Shown here: in pieces, positions 10,280-18,099 of the stretch
Layout of the letters: the number at the start of each line of letters is the position of its first letter
Numbering within the stretch: the first letter of the stretch is position 1
Assembly: GCA_964505005.1 (NCBI GenBank)
Contig: CAZDFQ010000004.1
Span: 5,172 to 69,171 of the forward strand
Reading direction: 5' to 3'
DNA length: 64,000 bases
Source: an uncultured Candidatus Saccharibacteria bacterium
Lineage (GTDB): Bacteria > Patescibacteriota > Minisyncoccia > UBA6257 > 2-01-FULL-56-20
Notes under the pieces: model-generated
The model's database searches: none
Told to the model about the DNA's origin: nothing
What the model saw: only the letters and a program-made list of their open reading frames with translations
Position numbers and translations under genes: made by a program

Positions 10280-10733
10280 ATCTCTAATCTCTAAATCCTA
10301 ATCTCTAAACAATCTCAAATGCTAAAAAACCAAAATGATAAACCATACGACTTAGAAAACAGAACTTTCGAATTTGCGCAAGGTGTTGTCAGTTATTTCA
10401 AAATACTTCCTAAAACTATTTCCAATGTAGAAATCGCAAAGCAGGGAATTCGCTCTGCCGCCTCGGTAGGCGCAAACTTTATTGAAGCTAATGAAGCATT
10501 AAGTAGGAAAGATTTTTTGATGAGAGTAAAAATCTGCAGAAAAGAAGTTAAAGAAACGATCTATTGGTTAAAATTATCAGAACCGAATGAGACGCAAAAG
10601 AATAAAACAGGATGAGCTTATCACTGAAGCGACTGAACTTATGAAAATATTCGGTGCAATTATTGAAAAATCGAAAAAATGATTTTGAGATTTGAAATTA
10701 TTTAGAAATTAGAGATTAGAATTTAGAGATTAT
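10280..10733. mobile_element. Family A inverted-repeat pair bracketing a four-helix-bundle gene (MITE-like cassette)
   Basis: Left arm 10280-10318 'taatctctaaatcctaatctctaaacaatctcaaat' runs straight into the ATG. Right arm 10679-10733 'gattttgagatttgaaattatttagaaattagagattagaatttagagatta' is its approximate reverse complement. Confidence 0.5.
10319..10615 (+). CDS. Four-helix-bundle protein (TIGR02436 / '23S rRNA intervening-sequence protein' family), frameshifted near its 3' end
   Basis: 'IRSAASVGANFIEANEALSRKDFLMRVKICRKEVKETIYWLKL' matches the family core. The expected C-terminal helix ('ELITEATELMKIFGAIIEKSKK*') continues in the +1 frame to 10680 after an A-run. Confidence 0.6.
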   Translation: MLKNQNDKPYDLENRTFEFAQGVVSYFKILPKTISNVEIAKQGIRSAASVGANFIEANEALSRKDFLMRVKICRKEVKETIYWLKLSEPNETQKNKTG

Positions 10734-10741
10734 TTTTATTC

Positions 10742-11251
10742 ATGCAGTTCCAAGTCCCCCAATTCATCGATATCGAGGATAAAATCGTCGGGCCGCTGAC
10801 GCTTAAACAATTTCTTTATTTAGCCGCGGCCGCTGGTTTAAGTTTTATGCTTTTTTTCGCCGTCCAAACCTGGCTTTGGTTCATCCTCTCCATTTTTTTG
10901 GTGGGGGCGGGCGTCGGCTTGGCATTCGTGAAAATAAACGGCCGGTCCCTGCTCCGCATTATCTTGTCGGCCATCCATTTTTACTGGCAGCCCCAAACTT
11001 ACGTCTGGCAGCCGGATAATCCCGATTTGCCGAAAACCGAATCAACCCTCCAAAAATTCAGCGAGGGACTGTCGCTCGAAAGTATTATTTCCGGCTTGTC
11101 ACTCCGTAATGTTTGGCAGAATGTCCAAACCGGCAGCAAAACTTTGGTTGGAGAAAGCCAGAGAGGATACCGCCGCGCCAAAGAGCGTTATGAAATAATC
11201 CAGAAAATCACTGGCGAGCGCCGGGCCGCCAGAAGAGTGGACTACCGGTAA
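10742..11251 (+). CDS. VirB3/PrgI-like small membrane protein (T4SS-like locus)
   Basis: N-terminus 'QFQVPQFIDIEDKIVGPLTLKQFLYL' followed by two TM helices, the VirB3-like pattern of Gram-positive T4SS. Sits immediately upstream of VirB4. Confidence 0.45.
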   Translation: MQFQVPQFIDIEDKIVGPLTLKQFLYLAAAAGLSFMLFFAVQTWLWFILSIFLVGAGVGLAFVKINGRSLLRIILSAIHFYWQPQTYVWQPDNPDLPKTESTLQKFSEGLSLESIISGLSLRNVWQNVQTGSKTLVGESQRGYRRAKERYEIIQKITGERRAARRVDYR

Positions 11252-11335
11252 CACATATCACAAAACACAAATCAAAGTGCAAAATGACAATGAAAAATGA
11301 TAAAATGAATTATTGGACATTTTGATTTTTGAGAT

Positions 11336-12034
11336 TTGAATTTTAAATTTATTATTATGCCCAAAGAGTTCGGCAATGCCCAAGATTTGGTGACCCTCGA
11401 AGAAATTCGTCAGGATGCCGTTATTTTAAAAGACGGCAGCTTGCACCAGCTGGTGATGGTTGGCGGTCTGAATTTTTCCCTCAAATCAGAGGCTGAACAG
11501 ACGATGATAACCCAGGCCTATCAGAATTTTCTGAACAGTTTGGATTTCCCTGTTCAAATCGTCATTCATTCAAGGAAAATAAACATTGACGATTATCTTG
11601 GCGTTTTAACGGAGCAGATAGCCAAAGAGCCGTCCGAGCTTCTCCAGGGCCAGATTGCCGAATACAAAGAATTCGTGGCTGGTTTTGTCCGGGAAAACCC
11701 CATAATGGCCAAGGTTTTCTTGGTGGTAGTTTCTTTTTCTCCTATTTTCTTTTCCGCTGGTAAACAGGCAGTTGCCAGCTTTCTTCCTTTTTTAAAAAAG
11801 AAAAGTAAGGAGGAAGAAAAAAAATCGCTCCAAGAAAAGGAGGCGGAACTTCAAAAAAATTTGGAGCAGCTTCGCCAGAGAGTGAACCAGGTAGTCAGCG
11901 GCTTGCAGGCCATCGACCTAGAGGCCACGGTATTGGGCGATGAAGAGTTGGTGGAGCTTTTTTACAATTTTTACAACCCCGGCACCATCGAAAAAGAGAA
12001 AATTGCTGCTGATGACCAGACAAAAAAATCCTAA
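11336..12034 (+). CDS. virB4: VirB4/TrbE-family conjugal-transfer ATPase, N-terminal fragment (gene split by repeat insertion)
   Basis: 'DAVILKDGSLHQLVMVGGLNFSLKSEAEQTMITQAYQNFLNSLDFPVQIVIHSRK' matches the VirB4 N-terminal motif. The stop codon lies inside the family A repeat arm. Confidence 0.55.
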   Translation: MNFKFIIMPKEFGNAQDLVTLEEIRQDAVILKDGSLHQLVMVGGLNFSLKSEAEQTMITQAYQNFLNSLDFPVQIVIHSRKINIDDYLGVLTEQIAKEPSELLQGQIAEYKEFVAGFVRENPIMAKVFLVVVSFSPIFFSAGKQAVASFLPFLKKKSKEEEKKSLQEKEAELQKNLEQLRQRVNQVVSGLQAIDLEATVLGDEELVELFYNFYNPGTIEKEKIAADDQTKKS

Positions 12035-12254
12035 ATCCTAATATCTAAATCCTCCAATTGGCAACGAGGAGAAAGTAAATGAGAATACATTTATTTTCGG
12101 CGAGCCCTGCCTGCCGGCAGGCAGGGAACCGATTGAGGAAGCGAAGCTTCATTAACAACCACAAAATTCAGATCTCAAAAATTTTCATTTTGGTCATTTA
12201 TAACATTTGGGCTTGTTTAGAGATTGGGGTTTAGAAATTAGATATTAACATAAG
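12035..12254. mobile_element. Family A MITE-like element with conserved ~120-bp core, inserted between the two VirB4 fragments
   Basis: Arms 'ctaaatcctaatatctaaatcc' and 'gtttagagattggggtttagaaattagatatta'. The core 'cctccaattggcaacgaggagaaagtaaatga...ttcattaacaa' is shared with the copy at 39833-40030. Confidence 0.55.
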
Positions 12255-13982
12255 ATGGCGGAAACAAATTTTCAAAATCTAAAAAAGGTTATTACGCCGG
12301 CTGGGATTCAGGTGGATTCCAACCATCTTAAGGTCGGCGATAAGTTCGTAAAAACGTTTTTCATTTTTTCTTATCCGCGCTATCTTTCCAGCGGCTGGTT
12401 CGATTCCCTAATTAATCTGCCTAATCTTTTTGACGCCGCCATTTTCATCAACCCCGTGGATACGGCTCTGGCGCTCAAAAATCTCCGAAAAAAGGCGGCC
12501 CAAATAGAATCGCAGATAAGCGACCAGCAGGAAAAAGGCCTGGTGCGCGACCCGATGCTGGAAACCGCTCTCCGCGATGTCGAACTGCTCCGCGACACCC
12601 TCCAGCAGGCCCAAGAGAAACTTTTCAGTGTCGGCGTCTATATAGCGATTTACGCTGATACGTTTGATGATTTGGCGCGACTGGAAAGCCAAATTGTTTC
12701 TTCGATGGAGGCCAAACTTGTTTACATCAAGCCAGCGCTTTTCCAACAGCTGGACGCTTTTTTGTCGGTAATGCCGCTCGGCCAGGATAAAATTTCCGTA
12801 ACCCAACCAATGAATTCAGCGCCGATATCTTCGTTTTTCCCGTTTGTCTCTGAAGATTTGACTTCTGACCGAGGGGTTCTTTACGGCATCAATCGTCATA
12901 ATAATAGTTTGGTGATTTTTGACCGGTTTTCTTTAGAAAATGCCAACCAAGTGGTTTTTGCCAAAGCCGGCGCTGGCAAGAGTTACGCCACCAAATTAGA
13001 GATAATCAGGTCTTTGATGATGGGCGTGGATGTGCTCGTCATTGACCCGGAAAATGAATACAAGCGGCTGGCCGAAAGCTTTGGCGGCAGTTTTTTCAAC
13101 ATTTCACTTTCTTCTCGCGAACACATCAATCCATTCGACATTCCGATTGTGCCGGAAAACGAAACAGCAGCTGATGTCCTGCGGTCGCACATCGTCACCC
13201 TGGCTGGCCTGGTCAAAATGATGCTCGGCAAGGTAACGCCGGAAGAAGACGCGATTCTTGACCGGGCTATCACCGAAACCTACGCCTCGCGAGAGATAAC
13301 GCCTAATGAAGATTTTTCCAAGGCCCAGCCGCCCCTGCTTGAAGATTTGGAAACGGTTTTGAAAAATCTCGAAGGGGGTCGCAGTTTGGCCGAACGGCTT
13401 TATAAATACACCAAAGGGAGTTTTGCCGGATTTGTGAACCAGCCGACCAATGTGGATGTGAATAATCGGCTAATTGTTTTTTCCATCCGCGACCTAGAAG
13501 ACGAGCTTCGACCGGTGGCGATGTACGTGATTCTCGGTTTCATCTGGAATCTGATTCGCTCCAAGATGAAAAAACGGATTATGATTGTTGACGAGGCCTG
13601 GTGGATGATGAAATACGAAGAAAGCGCTTCGTTTTTGTTCGGCTTGGCCAAACGTTGCCGCAAATACTATCTCGGGCTCTCGACTATCACCCAAGACGTG
13701 GAGGATTTTTTGCGTTCGCCTTACGGTCGGCCGATTATCACCAACTCTTCCTTGCAGCTCCTTTTACGGCAAGCACCGGCCACCATTGACTTGGTGGCCA
13801 AGGCTTTTGATTTGACCGAGGCGGAAAAAGATTATCTGCTGACCGCCGAGGTGGGCACCGGGCTTTTCTTTGCGGGCCGCCGGCATGTGGCGATTCAGAT
13901 AATCGCTTCCTACTTCGAAGACCAAATAATCACCACCAGCCCGCAGCAGTTGTTGGAAGAAAGAGCCGGAGAAGTCCGATAA
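12255..13982 (+). CDS. virB4: VirB4/TrbE-family conjugal-transfer ATPase, C-terminal ATPase fragment
   Basis: 'YPRYLSSGWFDSL', 'FLSVMPLG', Walker A 'AKAGAGKSY' and Walker B-like 'IMIVDEAWWMM'. The combined 232+575 aa equals a typical VirB4 length. Confidence 0.65.
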   Translation: MAETNFQNLKKVITPAGIQVDSNHLKVGDKFVKTFFIFSYPRYLSSGWFDSLINLPNLFDAAIFINPVDTALALKNLRKKAAQIESQISDQQEKGLVRDPMLETALRDVELLRDTLQQAQEKLFSVGVYIAIYADTFDDLARLESQIVSSMEAKLVYIKPALFQQLDAFLSVMPLGQDKISVTQPMNSAPISSFFPFVSEDLTSDRGVLYGINRHNNSLVIFDRFSLENANQVVFAKAGAGKSYATKLEIIRSLMMGVDVLVIDPENEYKRLAESFGGSFFNISLSSREHINPFDIPIVPENETAADVLRSHIVTLAGLVKMMLGKVTPEEDAILDRAITETYASREITPNEDFSKAQPPLLEDLETVLKNLEGGRSLAERLYKYTKGSFAGFVNQPTNVDVNNRLIVFSIRDLEDELRPVAMYVILGFIWNLIRSKMKKRIMIVDEAWWMMKYEESASFLFGLAKRCRKYYLGLSTITQDVEDFLRSPYGRPIITNSSLQLLLRQAPATIDLVAKAFDLTEAEKDYLLTAEVGTGLFFAGRRHVAIQIIASYFEDQIITTSPQQLLEERAGEVR

Positions 13983-14044
13983 TGATTTGGATGAATGCTT
14001 TCTAACGCCCTATTCGGATGCTATAATAGTTTTAGAAACTTTAA

Positions 14045-14758
14045 ATGGCTGACGTGGAGAAATTAAGCATTCTGGATCCGCTGGTTATTTTCGCGGCCAT
14101 CGCTGCTTTTATAGGAGATATTTCCTGGCTTATAGCAATTTTTGCTCTGGCCGCGCCTGTTATCGGGCTTCCCCTTGCTCTTTATATTTTGGTCGGGCGT
14201 TATGTGGCCGCAACAATTGTGGGTTTTTCGCTTTGGGCTAAAGCAAAAGGATGGTTAGCTAAAATAGTTTTGATATTGGCTGTGCTTATCCCTTTGCCCT
14301 TGCTTGTTCTTGGTATCATCTTAGTTGTCCTTCTCTCCAATCGCTTTATTAGGTTTTTGGCCGAACAGGCGGTCATTGCCGTTGTCGGCACGGCCACGGC
14401 CGGAGCCGGAGTTGTTGCCGGCGAGGCTGTGGCGGTTGGCGAAGTAGCGGCCGGCGCGGCAGAAATAGCGGCGGCCGGAGGAGAAATTACGGCTGGCGCC
14501 GAGGCGGCCGCCGAAGCCGGAATAACAGCGGAGCGCGCTGTGACTGCCGAAGAAACGGCCACAGCCGAGGCCGGAGTCAGGCCGCCGGAGGCGCCGGAAA
14601 AAGAAATAGCCCCAGAAGCTTTGGGTGAAGAACCAACGCCCTTTGAAAAGCTCCGGGAATTAACCGAAAAAATGCCCGAGGCGCCGGAGAAAAAAGAAAA
14701 AGAGGAAGAGGTTGAAATTGACGATGAAGCCAACGAGGTTAATTTGAAAGAAACATAA
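14045..14758 (+). CDS. Membrane protein with Ala/Glu-rich low-complexity C-terminal tail
   Basis: Four predicted TM helices, then 'AGAGVVAGEAVAVGEVAAGAAEIAAAGGE...' and an acidic tail. Confidence 0.45.
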   Translation: MADVEKLSILDPLVIFAAIAAFIGDISWLIAIFALAAPVIGLPLALYILVGRYVAATIVGFSLWAKAKGWLAKIVLILAVLIPLPLLVLGIILVVLLSNRFIRFLAEQAVIAVVGTATAGAGVVAGEAVAVGEVAAGAAEIAAAGGEITAGAEAAAEAGITAERAVTAEETATAEAGVRPPEAPEKEIAPEALGEEPTPFEKLRELTEKMPEAPEKKEKEEEVEIDDEANEVNLKET

Positions 14759-14836
14759 TGCTAATAATGCGGAATAGCATGCGAATGATGCGGAAGATTT
14801 TCGCGGTATTCGCATAATTAATTCGAGAATTCGCAT
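14750..14836. repeat. Family B palindromic octamer array (mirrored 'ATGCGAAT ... ATTCGCAT' units) in promoter region
   Basis: 'aatgcggaatagcatgcgaatgatgcggaagattttcgcggtattcgcataattaattcgagaattcgcattatg'. Ends with the conserved 'ttcgcattatg' terminal. Confidence 0.55.
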
Positions 14837-14883
14837 TATGCTCAAGGGCAAATGAGTTGGAGTAATGAATTTTAAAAGCAAAG

Positions 14884-15570
14884 ATGAAGATTAAACTATT
14901 GACAAGTCTAATTATCGGTCTGACCGCGATGGTATTTTTTGCCGTCTCTTCAAAGGCCCAAACATCCAAGCCACAGTTTTTAATTACCTGGAAAGCCGAT
15001 TCTTATGCGCCGGCTGATTTCCAAGGGAAAATTTTGCCGACCGCCGGTTCTTTAATCACGACTTCTTTTGAGCTGATTGACCAGGGCAAGCCAGCCGACC
15101 TATCCCAAGAAATGGTTTACTGGTATGTGAACAATGATTTTTTGCGGGGCGGCAACGGACTGCAGAGCATTCGGTTCCAAGCGCCGCAGGCGGCTGGCGG
15201 CGCCATTGATTTAAGAGTTGAAATCCCTAATTACAAGCCGGGCGCTCAACTGAAAACAATCGAGATACCCGTGGCCAGTCCAAAGGCCGTCATCGAGGTG
15301 CCTTTTCCTAACGGAGAATTCTCGGCCTCTCAGCTGGAATTAACTGGCCAGGCATATTTTTTTAATGTTAGAAGTCTATCGCGATTAAACTTTTCCTGGA
15401 ATATAAATGGCCAGACACCAACTGGCGCTGAAAATCCGGCCACCCTAAAAGTAAATATTGGCCAGGATGTGCCGGTCGGTTATCCGGTCAATATAGTCTT
15501 TACTGCTCAAAACCCAGACAGTGTTTTGGAAAAGGCGTCTAAAAATATTTCTTTGGTTTACAAGCCATGA
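14884..15570 (+). CDS. Secreted protein (signal peptide), unknown function, T4SS-like locus
   Basis: N-terminal 'MKIKLLTSLIIGLTAMVFFAVSSKA' signal peptide. ATGA overlap with the next gene. Confidence 0.5.
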   Translation: MKIKLLTSLIIGLTAMVFFAVSSKAQTSKPQFLITWKADSYAPADFQGKILPTAGSLITTSFELIDQGKPADLSQEMVYWYVNNDFLRGGNGLQSIRFQAPQAAGGAIDLRVEIPNYKPGAQLKTIEIPVASPKAVIEVPFPNGEFSASQLELTGQAYFFNVRSLSRLNFSWNINGQTPTGAENPATLKVNIGQDVPVGYPVNIVFTAQNPDSVLEKASKNISLVYKP

Positions 15571-16037
15571 TTAAGAAATTGTTTTTTTCCTTTTTAATTT
15601 CGGCCTTGTTCTGGGGAATATCCAACTTTGCGAGCGCGGTTAGTGTTTCGGTTATTTCCGGCCAGGGCCCATCTGCGGCTCCGGCTTCCAGCCCCGGCGT
15701 CTGGATTGCCGAGTCCTACAAGTATTCCTTGATTCTGGTGGGGCTGCTGGCTTTTGCCGTGATTGTCTGGGCCGGGCTGCGCTATGCGATGGCTGCCGGC
15801 AATCCTTCAACCCAGAGCGATGCCAGAGACCAAATATTGCAGGCGCTTTTAGGGCTACTGCTTCTGTTGGGCGCGACCATTGTGCTTTATACCATTAATC
15901 CCAACATCATCAGCAAGGAAGGAGAATTGCCAGCGTTGCCGACCCTAGAGAGTGTTAGCGGGCAAAAAACCCAGCAGCAAACAGGAGAACAGCCGTATAC
16001 TAATCCTGCTAACCCATATATTACTCCCCGAAAATGA
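15567..16037 (+). CDS. VirB2/TrbC-like pilin candidate
   Basis: Signal peptide 'ISNFASA', then two hydrophobic helices in a ~130-aa mature region. ATGA-coupled within the locus. Confidence 0.45.
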   Translation: MIKKLFFSFLISALFWGISNFASAVSVSVISGQGPSAAPASSPGVWIAESYKYSLILVGLLAFAVIVWAGLRYAMAAGNPSTQSDARDQILQALLGLLLLLGATIVLYTINPNIISKEGELPALPTLESVSGQKTQQQTGEQPYTNPANPYITPRK

Positions 16038-17263
16038 AAAAGTTCCTTGTTACAATTTTTATAATCTTGCTCGTCGCCGGCCTGATTTTCTTGGGCTATT
16101 ATTTCCGTTTCCAAAAAGAGCAACTGGTTTCTTCGCCGACCAACGAGATTGGCGGCTTGCCGGCCAGCCAAGCGCCCGCCAACGCTTCTTCAGCGCCAAC
16201 AGCCGGCGCTAATCAGCAATCACAATTGAATGTTGTCATTAATAATCCGGTTCTCGGCTACTTCGTTGACAGCAATAGCACCTTATTCGTCCAGCCGGAC
16301 GGTCAAATCATAAAATTGGCCGATAATAAAACCGAGGTTTTGAGCGCGAGCGCTATCAACAACATTGCGGCGGCTTCTTTTTCTTTTGACGGCAAAAAAG
16401 TTTTGGCGATAATGAAAGACCAGTCCGGGGAACAGGCGAGTGTTTTTGACACAACGAAAAAAACCTGGCAGCCCCTGCCAGGAAATAGCCAAGCGGCGGT
16501 TTGGTCGCCAACTGATTACCAAATAGCTTATTTTTCTAAAGCTGCTGACTCGAGCTTGCTTTCATTCTGGGATGCTGGCAGCTCAACAGCTAAGCCAAAA
16601 ACCATACTTCGGCTCCGTCAAGAAGATGCGGCACTCAGCTGGCCGGTTCCTGATAAAATTTTTATAAGCGACAAATCATCGGCTGTTTCAAATTCGTCTG
16701 TTTGGGTCTTTGGCGTCAGGGAAAAAACTCTTTCGCCGGTTATTCAAGGCCGGCCTGGCCTAGAAACTATTTGGAGCTCGTCTTCTCCCATGTTCGGCCT
16801 AGTTTTTTCGGCCAACCAGAATGCTCAGGGCGGCCAGTTGGAGTTGGTTAGTGGTTCCGGGGCGCTGCTTAAAAATATTAATTTTTTGACTTTGGCTTCG
16901 AAATGTCTTTTTTATGAAAAAACGGTTGGTCAGGCAACTAGTACCACCGGGGCAACTGCTATTGCGACTACCACCCAACCAAAACCAGCGGCTAAACCAA
17001 GGCCCCAAACAGTCCTGGTTTGCGCTGTGCCACGAGACCGAGCGACTTTAGACATTACTGCTTTACCGGATGATTATGAAATGAAAGCGCTTTTTACGGC
17101 TGATGATTTTTTTGAAATCAACATTGATGAGGCCAGCATAAAAACTATTTTCAATGGCCGGGCTAAGAATTTTGATGCGACTAAGCTTAAAATTTCCGGA
17201 CAGAATCTTTTCTTCATCAGTCGCTTCGACGAGAAGGTTTATTCTTTGCCGCTTATCCCCTAA
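16034..17263 (+). CDS. Secreted/anchored protein, possible beta-propeller fold
   Basis: N-terminal TM helix, Ser/Ala-rich, no recognisable catalytic motifs. Last gene of the same-strand locus. Confidence 0.4.
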   Translation: MKKFLVTIFIILLVAGLIFLGYYFRFQKEQLVSSPTNEIGGLPASQAPANASSAPTAGANQQSQLNVVINNPVLGYFVDSNSTLFVQPDGQIIKLADNKTEVLSASAINNIAAASFSFDGKKVLAIMKDQSGEQASVFDTTKKTWQPLPGNSQAAVWSPTDYQIAYFSKAADSSLLSFWDAGSSTAKPKTILRLRQEDAALSWPVPDKIFISDKSSAVSNSSVWVFGVREKTLSPVIQGRPGLETIWSSSSPMFGLVFSANQNAQGGQLELVSGSGALLKNINFLTLASKCLFYEKTVGQATSTTGATAIATTTQPKPAAKPRPQTVLVCAVPRDRATLDITALPDDYEMKALFTADDFFEINIDEASIKTIFNGRAKNFDATKLKISGQNLFFISRFDEKVYSLPLIP

Positions 17264-17283
17264 GGGCGGCTGTCGTTGGGGGA

Positions 17284-17781
17284 CTATTCTTTTTTTTCTT
17301 GGGGCTGGGAATTTACCGGCTGTTTAGTTTGGCCGCCAGCGGCTTTTTCTTTAATTGGTTTAACCACCACGTAACGATTTTTGCCGGCGCCGACGCTTTC
17401 GGTGGTGACATCGGGGTGAATCGCCAACTCGATATGGATAAGGCGGCGCTCATAAGAATTCATAGCTGGCAAAGAAATTTCTTCTTCGGTGGCCACGGCT
17501 TTTCTGGCCGCGGCCCGGGCCAGTTCAGCAATAAGCCCTTCGCGCTCCCGGCGATAATTATTAATGTCAAAAAATAGCGGGGCTTCGTTTTCTTTTTTGG
17601 CAACCAGCTGGATAAGATGGTTCAAGGACTGAAGAATGGCCGGCAGATTTTCTTTTAAGAGGTGGGGGTGGTTATGGATGAAAATCCTGGCGTGCCGATG
17701 CCCCTCATCGAGTTCAAGGGTGTAGTCATCGAATCCAATCAATTCAATTATTTTTCTTGTAAAGGCTTCCTGGTTCTTCAT
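17284..17781 (-). CDS. jag: Jag/KhpB R3H-domain RNA-binding protein
   Basis: 'NSYERRLIHIELAIHPDVTTESVGAGKNRYVVVKP' is an R3H domain; position downstream of yidC is the conserved arrangement. Confidence 0.8.
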   Translation of the reverse strand: MKNQEAFTRKIIELIGFDDYTLELDEGHRHARIFIHNHPHLLKENLPAILQSLNHLIQLVAKKENEAPLFFDINNYRREREGLIAELARAAARKAVATEEEISLPAMNSYERRLIHIELAIHPDVTTESVGAGKNRYVVVKPIKEKAAGGQTKQPVNSQPQEKKE

Positions 17782-17796
17782 GCCCCGTAGGAAATA
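17775..17796. promoter_or_regulatory. 22-bp perfect inverted-repeat arm covering the jag start codon (partner at 18078-18099)
   Basis: 'tcttcatgccccgtaggaaata' is the exact reverse complement of 18078-18099. In the minus-strand transcript the pair would form a 22-bp stem that loops out 285 nt and buries the jag AUG. Confidence 0.5.
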
Positions 17797-18077
17797 AAAA
17801 TATTTCCGTAGTTATTGATTTAGGCCTTGAAAATAATATCGCAATCTCTGTTTAATGAACCTTTTGCCGACGCCAGTTTTGAAATATTTTTCTCTTTGTT
17901 TGGCGCCTTGTTCGTTGAGGCAGGCCTCATAATATATCAGTTTGAGGGGCCTCCTTGATTTCGTAGAAAACACCTTTCCGCTGGCGTGTTTTAGGAGCCG
18001 CCTTTGAAGATTATCTGTAAATCCCCCATATAACTTTCAGTCCTTCTGGCTTTGCAACAGATACACATAAAACATGC

Positions 18078-18099
18078 TATTTCCTACGGGGCATGAAGA
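18078..18099. promoter_or_regulatory. 22-bp inverted-repeat arm covering the yidC stop codon (partner of 17775-17796)
   Basis: 'tatttcctacggggcatgaaga'. Confidence 0.5.

Noticed and set aside
12035-12254. Self-splicing intron (group I/II) as the reason virB4 is interrupted
   Set aside because: The element is only ~220 bp and lacks recognisable group I P/Q/R/S or group II domain V sequences. It belongs to a palindromic repeat family with other intergenic copies.
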